Shown here one piece after another: positions 1 through 6,302 of a stretch of DNA of 34,764 nucleotides. The stretch comes from a virus (Duplodnaviria; Caudoviricetes), in IMG/VR virus record IMGVR_UViG_3300027835_000014, positions 1 through 34,764 of that record. One strand, 5' to 3'. The position numbers and the translations under genes are program-made. The notes under the pieces were generated by a model. It saw only the letters and a list, made by a program, of their open reading frames with translations, was not told the origin of the DNA and made no database searches. The number at the start of each line of letters is the position of its first letter. The first letter of the stretch is position 1.

Positions 1-69
1 CATACTGGAAGGTTAGGAAGCATGTCGTGCCTATCTTATACAATCTTATCTATATTGGGTGTAAAAAAA

Positions 70-99
70 TTAGTTTCGTTGACGCAGAAATGCGGGGAT
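70..99 (-). pseudogene. ftsZ: Orphan 3' end of ftsZ (displaced original tail, IPAFLRQRN*)
   Basis: Minus strand reads ATC CCC GCA TTT CTG CGT CAA CGA AAC TAA, matching the conserved FtsZ C-terminal peptide (D-I-P-x-F-L-R). Similarity stops upstream of the Ile codon. Confidence 0.8.
89..99. repeat. att core of the island (left junction)
   Basis: AATGCGGGGAT, repeated exactly at 6005-6015. Confidence 0.8.
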
Positions 100-225
100 T
101 TTTAAGACACAACCCCCTTCTTGCTTCAATTTCTATTATTAAGCACCACTTAATAATGTGTATTCTTATGTCTTCAAGAAGAATTTAACAAAGAAAACTT
201 GGCAAGTCAATACCCGAGGCTAAAA

Positions 226-687
226 TTATACTAAACCGAATCTAATTCCTTCATACTTTTTACGAAGAAGAGACGACAAATTGATTGACCTATCTAAAAT
301 TTTTATAATATCGTCTTTATCAATTACAATAACTGCTATACCATCTTGATCAAATGTTCTTTTTAAAGTTGGGTTGAATTCTTTATATACGACTCCGCTT
401 GTAGCAACAATAATTCCAGCTCTGCATTTTCTTGAGTGTAGTTTATGTATAAATTTTGCTATTTCTCCATACCCAACTGGGTCTTTCCAGTTTTTACACT
501 CAACTAAAATATAACTACCAAACTCATCAAAGATTTTTGAAGAATTATGAATAATTAAGTCGTAGTCATGTTCCGGATCTCTCTTTGAAACTTTTGCTTT
601 TGCCCTTTTGTATCTTACTATGAAACCTGATAGCGAATTAAAAAGAGCCTCCGAAAAATCTTCCAAAAGACTTCCGCTATTATTCAT
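226..687 (-). CDS. Mrr-like PD-(D/E)xK restriction endonuclease domain protein
   Basis: DYDLII...LVECKNWKDPVG...GIIVATSG motif series typical of Mrr_cat-type nucleases. Confidence 0.75.
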   Translation of the reverse strand: MNNSGSLLEDFSEALFNSLSGFIVRYKRAKAKVSKRDPEHDYDLIIHNSSKIFDEFGSYILVECKNWKDPVGYGEIAKFIHKLHSRKCRAGIIVATSGVVYKEFNPTLKRTFDQDGIAVIVIDKDDIIKILDRSINLSSLLRKKYEGIRFGLV

Positions 688-1372
688 TCTGACTTTCCTC
701 CTTCTCTTTATCGGTTAGCTTCTCCCATACTTCTTGGGCTTTATTAAGCTTAAGACGATCTACGCTTTCGTTGTCCTCATAACTTGGGATCAGGTAGTTT
801 TTTTTTGAAACTTCAACGATTTGAAGCGGATTATATTTTGCTTTCCCTCTCAACTTACCAATACTTTCTGCGTATAAAACTAAATTATTTTTTGACAGAC
901 TTTGACTTCTCAATGCTCTATATGCTTGAGATTCTATATAGTCTCTCCCATCAATTACATCCTCTGCGAATGCAGCAAGATAATAATCCCATGCTTTGAT
1001 TCGTTTATGTTGTGTAGAATAAATTTCTGCTATTTGATGTACTTGAGTTCCTTTATGTATTCGTTGATTGTGAGCATTTTGAAATTCTATTACTTTATTA
1101 AACCAAAGTTCATAAATTAATTTCGCATATTGATAAAATACTGCCTCAATGAAACCTAGTCTATAATATCCTTCCGCAATATTCTGAAACGCTGCAGTTT
1201 CGTGATAAGAATGTCTTTCTTTAAGATCCTCTATTGTCCATTGGTGAGCTTCAAGATAATCATAAACTTGACTAAACTCTGAATATGCTTTAAGACGTAA
1301 AGCGGGATTGTTTATTATGGAAGCAGTGTCTTGCAAAAATGAGGAAAAATTTGCAAATTCTTCTTGATTCAT
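680..1372 (-). CDS. Hypothetical alpha-helical (TPR-like) protein, translationally coupled to the nuclease
   Basis: 230-aa ORF overlapping the nuclease start by 8 nt; helical composition; no recognised motif. Confidence 0.6.
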   Translation of the reverse strand: MNQEEFANFSSFLQDTASIINNPALRLKAYSEFSQVYDYLEAHQWTIEDLKERHSYHETAAFQNIAEGYYRLGFIEAVFYQYAKLIYELWFNKVIEFQNAHNQRIHKGTQVHQIAEIYSTQHKRIKAWDYYLAAFAEDVIDGRDYIESQAYRALRSQSLSKNNLVLYAESIGKLRGKAKYNPLQIVEVSKKNYLIPSYEDNESVDRLKLNKAQEVWEKLTDKEKEESQNE

Positions 1373-1469
1373 ATCTTTAATATTAATTCTGCTTATTTTA
1401 CCATGACGAAGAGCAAAAAACTATAAAATGGAGCTATTGAAACTAGATCTAATACAATGGAGTCTTTTT

Positions 1470-2390
1470 TTATCCCGTGTTTTTTTCATCGTCTCCAAAA
1501 GGTAACTTTATTTGCTTTGATCCAGATCTGTGTTCAAGAACTTCTATTATTTCATAATCAGATTTTAATCCCGTATCAGAAATCCATTGTCTCTCATGTA
1601 ATTTAACCCTAAATAAATCATCTTTATAAAAACCATCTTTATTTTGTTGAACTTTATTGACAAAATTCTCATCAGTTATTGTTGCATAAAACTCAACATT
1701 CCCATCACTAAACTTCCACTTATGTCCTTCCGTAAATGATATAGTTGCAACAGTTAAAATAACCTCTCGTACTTCATCTCGCAATAATTCATCGGGTATA
1801 TCAGATAGCTTAAAATAATCTTTTTCTTCTTCTTTAATAACTATTTTTTCTTTACCTTTTTTAATTGCAAAACTACTAATCCCATCTTTTGATAAAGGCT
1901 CTGTAATTACTTTTTGTATTGATGTTCTAACTTTTACATTTGAAAATAGGGCTATTATTTTTGGGCTGGTTTCATATTTCTCACTATCTTCAACCTCTAC
2001 CACAGTTTTTGCTTCATTCACTTTCTCTATATTTTTTATCTTGCGGTTTCTTAACCAAAGAAGGAAACCAATTAACCCCCCTCCTGGAACTACAAATCCA
2101 AGCATTTGCAGAAGATTAGAAGCGGCATTGGCTTGATCAGAATTAAAAAGCGATGTTAATCCATCTATTCCCCCTTGAACAATTGATAGATCAAAACCAA
2201 ATGAACCACTCTTAAATGTACCCTTTACATTAACTTGAACTCTTGTTTTGTCTCCATATGTAATTTTATTTGTTTCATCTAGTACATCGCTTATAGCTAA
2301 TAGAGCAGGGGCTAAATCACGCACATCCATTTCGTTATTCTGGAGAGCTTCGCCATCATATACCACTTGAAAATATTCTTTTTGACTCAT
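1470..2390 (-). CDS. Conserved hypothetical protein of mobile elements
   Basis: 306-aa ORF with N-terminal YDGEAL..NEMDVRDLAPALL...GSF motif; preceded by TTGCTA-17-TAAACT ending 6 nt before the ATG. Confidence 0.7.
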   Translation of the reverse strand: MSQKEYFQVVYDGEALQNNEMDVRDLAPALLAISDVLDETNKITYGDKTRVQVNVKGTFKSGSFGFDLSIVQGGIDGLTSLFNSDQANAASNLLQMLGFVVPGGGLIGFLLWLRNRKIKNIEKVNEAKTVVEVEDSEKYETSPKIIALFSNVKVRTSIQKVITEPLSKDGISSFAIKKGKEKIVIKEEEKDYFKLSDIPDELLRDEVREVILTVATISFTEGHKWKFSDGNVEFYATITDENFVNKVQQNKDGFYKDDLFRVKLHERQWISDTGLKSDYEIIEVLEHRSGSKQIKLPFGDDEKNTG

Positions 2391-2429
2391 ACTTTTAGTT
2401 TATTCAGTAAGGAATTAAATAGCAAGTCA

Positions 2430-2459
2430 AAACTTGCATGCCGCCTTGCATGCAAGTTT
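2430..2459. repeat. Perfect 12-bp inverted repeat (operator or hairpin)
   Basis: AAACTTGCATGC-cgcctt-GCATGCAAGTTT, just upstream of the promoter of 1470-2390. Confidence 0.6.
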
Positions 2460-2530
2460 AATGAAAATAAATGAATATTTCAAGATGACAAACTACCACT
2501 TAATACCTCAGTTTTTACTTTAAAAGCTTC

Positions 2531-2558
2531 ATGTCGCACAATGGTTCATACGCGACAT
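2531..2558. other. dif/Xer-like 11-6-11 site
   Basis: ATGTCGCACAA-TGGTTC-ATACGCGACAT; arms are 8/11 inverted. Confidence 0.4.
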
Positions 2559-2827
2559 AAATTCAAGGCTAAATTTTTTACTAAAAATTCTATCAAGGCT
2601 GAGTCGTTTACTATAAGGCATATTATTGCCAAACATCTAATCAATTTACTAACCAATTTGTTGACGATCAATTTTGCAAATTTGCACTAACAGGGGTACT
2701 CGTAGCACAATTATCTGTAACTCTTGCAAGGATTATACTTATCGCATATATACAGAAGGGCTAAATACATACATAGAATATACATGAAAATATATTTTGC
2801 ATATATGTTTATGTATTTTTATATATA

Positions 2828-3163
2828 TCACTTTATATTATCAACATTCTTAATGAGATCAGTTGCGGTTTTATCCAACTCTTTTTCAAGTCCTTCGTTT
2901 TCTTTGATTAGTTTTCCAAAACGGATTACAGAAGCAGTAGTATCACAAGAGGAATTTGCGTAGCAGGATGTTACTTCATCAACAGAAACCTTGCAGTTAT
3001 TGTATAGCTGCCTGTTTATTCCTGTTACTGTCATACAGGCTTTTGTAATTTCGGCTGTTTGCCTTTTGCTTATATTTAACTCCCTCTCTTTGTATAAGTA
3101 AGTAGCTAGACAACCGAGAAGAAAAAATACGAGCGCAATTTTAATCTCTCTTTTTTTCAACAT
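2828..3163 (-). CDS. Hypothetical membrane-anchored/exported protein
   Basis: N-terminal hydrophobic helix, four Cys in the soluble part, C-terminal coiled coil. Confidence 0.6.
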   Translation of the reverse strand: MLKKREIKIALVFFLLGCLATYLYKERELNISKRQTAEITKACMTVTGINRQLYNNCKVSVDEVTSCYANSSCDTTASVIRFGKLIKENEGLEKELDKTATDLIKNVDNIK

Positions 3164-3419
3164 AGAATTTTATATCCCCTAAATCGTCTGCGTATTTTGG
3201 AAATAAATATCTATACGTTATATGAGCAACAATTGCAGAGATCAGAACTATGCCCATTGTTACATAGCCTCCAAGCTCAGATGATACAAAATCCTTACTA
3301 GCAAAATGCAGATATGCTGTCAAAGCTAAAATTGGCACTATAAGAGTTACGGATATGTCTATGATGTTGATTCGTATCTTATCTGCTAGCCTGTATTTTT
3401 TCATTTCTATTTTCGGCAT
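3141..3419 (-). CDS. Hypothetical two-TM membrane protein
   Basis: Two hydrophobic stretches; overlaps the next gene. Confidence 0.6.
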   Translation of the reverse strand: MPKIEMKKYRLADKIRINIIDISVTLIVPILALTAYLHFASKDFVSSELGGYVTMGIVLISAIVAHITYRYLFPKYADDLGDIKFYVEKKRD

Positions 3420-3430
3420 TCCTGTTAAAT

Positions 3431-3492
3431 GCTAACTCTCGCTTAGCGTAAGTCAAGACTAATATAAGGCTATTTGCTAAGTGTAGCTTAGT
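3431..3492. promoter_or_regulatory. Two putative XRE operators in a divergent promoter region
   Basis: GCTAACtctcgCTTAGC (3431-3447) and GCTAAGtgtagCTTAGT (3476-3492): same dyad, 5-nt spacer. Confidence 0.45.
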
Positions 3493-3526
3493 AGATTATC
3501 CTCTATATTACTTTGATAATCAAGGG

Positions 3527-3739
3527 GTGAGAAGTAATGCTAAATTGCCCAAATCACTTGGTAAGAAGATTCAAAAGCTAAGAAAGGATAAGAACCTTAC
3601 CCAAGAAGAAGCTGCGGAAAAAATAGGAATCAGCAGAGCATATATGGGATTTATTGAACAAGGTAGATATGCACCATCGTTAGAGATTTTAGAAAAGATT
3701 TCAAAAATACTTAAAGTACCCTTAAAAGAATTATTTTAA
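3527..3739 (+). CDS. XRE-family HTH transcriptional regulator
   Basis: LGKKIQKLRKDKNLTQEEAAEKIGISRAYMGFIEQGRYAPSL is a classic HTH_3 pattern; GTG start. Confidence 0.9.
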   Translation: MRSNAKLPKSLGKKIQKLRKDKNLTQEEAAEKIGISRAYMGFIEQGRYAPSLEILEKISKILKVPLKELF

Positions 3740-3978
3740 ATTCGTCATTATATAAATCCTCAAACTTCTTCACCCCCAGTTGGTCTGTTTTTGTAAGAAT
3801 CCTGTAAGAAATTTTTCTTATTCTACTCTATTTTACGTTAATATACTTTACTGCACATTATTTGTATTTAGTCTGATTTGACAATATAAATTTAGTTATC
3901 TATACCTATATTGGTAACATTTTCATTCAAAGTTTTTAAAGAGAATGTTGCATTTGCAAAAATTTATCGGGTGTAAAT

Positions 3979-4018
3979 AAAAGCTCCCGTTAGGACTACA
4001 CCCGAGACGGGAGTTTTT
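3979..4018. terminator. Bidirectional terminator-like hairpin / attenuator before 4021
   Basis: CTCCCGT (3984-3990)/ACGGGAG (4007-4013) stem with an A-run before and a T-run after. Confidence 0.55.
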
Positions 4019-4020
4019 AT

Positions 4021-4347
4021 ATGGATTCAATAAAAGATTTACTCGGCTCTAGAAGAAACAACGTATACGTTGATAGAAATATTAAAGACAACGTATACGT
4101 TGACGTTGCAGATATAGAAAAGATAAACGAAGCTGCGGATAAACACAAAGCGATAGGAGAATTGCTAGCGGAAAAGTTAGGTAAGCCTCAAAACGTAAAA
4201 CTCTACATCAAGCTCTCATATCTAAATCCCCCAGCTCTATTGTTTGAATGGGCAGCGTTAGCTCTTAGTGGCTTCAATGAAAGAAAAACAGAAAACCTAG
4301 GGAGTTATTTCTATGGAATAGTTAGGAATTTAGGAAGGGTGAAATGA
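4021..4347 (+). CDS. Small putative replication-initiator-like protein
   Basis: 108 aa; C-terminal helical ...ENLGSYFYGIV resembles replication-protein C-terminal domains; internal palindromic repeats. Confidence 0.4.
   Translation: MDSIKDLLGSRRNNVYVDRNIKDNVYVDVADIEKINEAADKHKAIGELLAEKLGKPQNVKLYIKLSYLNPPALLFEWAALALSGFNERKTENLGSYFYGIVRNLGRVK
4058..4103. repeat. Two identical 16-mers, each containing the 14-bp palindrome CAACGTATACGTTG
   Basis: ACAACGTATACGTTGA at 4058-4073 and 4088-4103 (30-bp period). Confidence 0.85.
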
Positions 4348-4508
4348 AAAAGTTACAAAATGACAAAAATTTAACAAAACAGATAAGGATAGATGCGGGA
4401 CTGCACCATTTACTCAAAATAAAAGCTGCGAAGTCTGGGATAAGCATTAAGACGCTTCTAGAGGGGTATATTGCCGACATATTGCAAGAAGAAACATCGG
4501 CAAATTAG
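4344..4508 (+). CDS. Ribbon-helix-helix DNA-binding protein (54 aa; not in ORF track)
   Basis: MKKLQNDKNLTKQIRIDAGLHHLLKIKAAKSGISIKTLLEGYIADILQEETSAN; ATGA overlap with the upstream stop; beta-strand plus two helices pattern. Confidence 0.75.
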   Translation: MKKLQNDKNLTKQIRIDAGLHHLLKIKAAKSGISIKTLLEGYIADILQEETSAN

Positions 4509-4511
4509 TTA

Positions 4512-4540
4512 TTGATTTTTTATGCAAGTAAATATACTAT
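4512..4540 (+). promoter_or_regulatory. sigma70-type promoter of the island integrase
   Basis: TTGATT-17 nt-TACTAT. Confidence 0.5.
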
Positions 4541-4598
4541 GGAAAATAGCTTCTTACAGTTTGCGGACTCTCCCACAAGCTACTCCCAGAAAGGGAGT

Positions 4599-5615
4599 AT
4601 GATTATAAACGAAAAGGATTTTTATTCTTTTCTATCAATCAAACAAAGTCTTTCTGAAACTAGCATCCGGCATTGCATAATCCGAATAAAAATAATAAAT
4701 GCTTGGATTTTAAAAGAAGGCTTAACTAAAGAATCCGTAGAAAAGTTTTTCATGGGATTAAAAAACAAAGGTCTTAAAAATAATAGCCTCAATACCTATT
4801 ACTTTACATTTAATCAACTTGTTGCCTACTGCAAAGATAGAGACTTAGCATACGACTTCTTTGATGGATTTAAATCTTTTAAAAAAACAAAGCCCGATAT
4901 TGTTATATTTACGCAAGAAGAGATAGAAAAAATATTAGCTACGAAGTTAACTTATGGTAAATTTCATGGCAACGACTGCAATTTTTTGGATTTTCGTTTT
5001 AGAACAATGACAATGTTTTTAGCTTATACGGGCTGTAGATACTCTGAAGCGGCAGAACTTACTATAAAACATCTTGACTTGAATGCAGGTAAGGCTATAT
5101 TTGTTAATACAAAAACGAATGAGAACAGAACTGCCTACTTCCGAGAGCCATTAAAAAGTCGTTTAGCAGAACTTGTTAAGGATAGAAAACCCAATGACAG
5201 AATATTTAGAAATTCAATGGAAACCCAAGTACATGTAACGGATTTCAGTGCAGACTTAAAGAGGAGAGCAGTTGTAGCAGGAATAACAAAAAGAACATTT
5301 CCCCATAATTTTAGACACTCATATATTACTCACATGCTAGAGGCAGGTGTACCCATTACGGAAGTAGCAACTCTTGTAGGACACAAAGATATTCAAACAA
5401 CATATTCTACATATATGCACTTAGCAGATAAAACATTAGAAAAGGCAGCCTTGAGACATCCTATGGTTAGAAAAACTGTTGATCCTATTGAGATAATAAA
5501 AACAATTAAGGAGGCTTTAGAAAATTTTCATTTAGAGGACGATCCCCGTTTTAGATATAATATTTCCGAAGGAGAGGCTGGATTGATCTTTGAATTAGGA
5601 TTGAAAACAGGTTAA
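4599..5615 (+). CDS. Tyrosine recombinase/integrase (island)
   Basis: TGCRYSE, HNFRHS, LVGH and TTYSTY catalytic motifs; start moved to ATG 4599, downstream of the promoter. Confidence 0.92.
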   Translation: MIINEKDFYSFLSIKQSLSETSIRHCIIRIKIINAWILKEGLTKESVEKFFMGLKNKGLKNNSLNTYYFTFNQLVAYCKDRDLAYDFFDGFKSFKKTKPDIVIFTQEEIEKILATKLTYGKFHGNDCNFLDFRFRTMTMFLAYTGCRYSEAAELTIKHLDLNAGKAIFVNTKTNENRTAYFREPLKSRLAELVKDRKPNDRIFRNSMETQVHVTDFSADLKRRAVVAGITKRTFPHNFRHSYITHMLEAGVPITEVATLVGHKDIQTTYSTYMHLADKTLEKAALRHPMVRKTVDPIEIIKTIKEALENFHLEDDPRFRYNISEGEAGLIFELGLKTG

Positions 5616-5616
5616 T

Positions 5617-5796
5617 CTACTCAGATTCTTCAATTATTTCCTTTATATTCTCTGGAGTAAACCGGATCATATCTCTGCTTCTTATTGGGAGAACACCATA
5701 AGCACCGGTAGATAATTTTCTGTATAAATCCTCTTCGTTTTCTGCATTCACCCTTCCGGCATCTCCCGTATTAACAATAATTCTATACGTCTTCAT
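5617..5796 (-). CDS. Small hypothetical protein
   Basis: ATG 5796 preceded by AAGGGGGTGA SD and TGGTATAAT extended -10. Confidence 0.6.
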   Translation of the reverse strand: MKTYRIIVNTGDAGRVNAENEEDLYRKLSTGAYGVLPIRSRDMIRFTPENIKEIIEESE

Positions 5797-5938
5797 CAGA
5801 TTCACCCCCTTTATCTAATTATACCAGACATATTCTTGAGGCTTCAGTCATGGGGACTATCTCTAATCCCCACTCTCAAACCACAAGCTATTCCCTATCG
5901 CTTCTTACAGTTCCTAGCTTTGTTACAATGAAGACATT

Positions 5939-5961
5939 AAAAAAGCACCCTCTCAGGTGCT
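5939..5961 (-). terminator. Rho-independent terminator after the replacement ftsZ tail
   Basis: Minus strand AGCACC-tgagag-GGTGCT followed by a T-run. Confidence 0.75.
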
Positions 5962-5985
5962 AGTAGAAAGTTGAAGCTATTTTAT

Positions 5986-6042
5986 TTAATTCCTCTGCCT
6001 TAGGAATGCGGGGATGTCCCAGTCATCTTGATGATGTAACAT
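5986..6042 (-). pseudogene. ftsZ: Second orphan ftsZ 3' end, inside an 18-codon mini-ORF (MLHHQDDWDIPAFLRQRN*)
   Basis: ATG TTA CAT CAT CAA GAT GAC TGG GAC ATC CCC GCA TTC CTA AGG CAG AGG AAT TAA; compare E. coli FtsZ DYLDIPAFLRKQAD. Confidence 0.8.
6005..6015. repeat. att core of the island (right junction)
   Basis: AATGCGGGGAT, identical to 89-99. Confidence 0.8.
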
Positions 6043-6056
6043 GTATTGTGTAGTAC

Positions 6057-6091
6057 AAGAGACTATAACTAAAAATTATGGTCTCTTTTTT
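6057..6091 (+). terminator. Terminator-like hairpin upstream of the prophage integrase
   Basis: AAGAGACTATAA-ctaaaaa-TTATGGTCTCTT followed by TTTT. Confidence 0.55.
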
Positions 6092-6117
6092 CGTGGAAAA
6101 ATTTAAAGAACAAGCTA

Positions 6118-6146
6118 ATCATAGGGGGTAATTACCTCTTTGTCAA
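6118..6146 (-). promoter_or_regulatory. Outward-facing sigma70 promoter aimed at the att junction
   Basis: Minus strand TTGACA-17 nt-TATGAT. Confidence 0.6.
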
Positions 6147-6302
6147 TAGGTCAAAATATTTAATAATTATTTAATAATTAGGTTGGACGGACAGCCTAAT
6201 CTAAAACTGCCTCTTGCTTAATCATTATGTATAAGTATATATTAAGGTTACCAAACACATACGCGGCTCAATTATCTAACTGCCCTCAAACGAGTTCTCA
6301 GT

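Larger units (their letters stand above)
89..6015. mobile_element. 5.9-kb integrative island inserted in the ftsZ 3' end
   Basis: Identical 11-bp direct repeat AATGCGGGGAT at 89-99 and 6005-6015; tyrosine integrase next to the right end; accessory cargo inside. Confidence 0.8.

Noticed and set aside
2740-2830. AT-rich imperfect palindrome and overlapping 79-aa plus-strand ORF
   Set aside because: Low complexity makes symmetry likely by chance; the ORF is compositionally implausible.
4512-4598. Longer TTG-started integrase N-terminus in the ORF track
   Set aside because: The TTG is part of the -35 box; the region reads as promoter and structured leader, so ATG 4599 is preferred.
5820-6300. 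tRNA or tmRNA as integration target
   Set aside because: No cloverleaf or T-loop (GTTCGA) signature seen; the ftsZ tail explains the junction.
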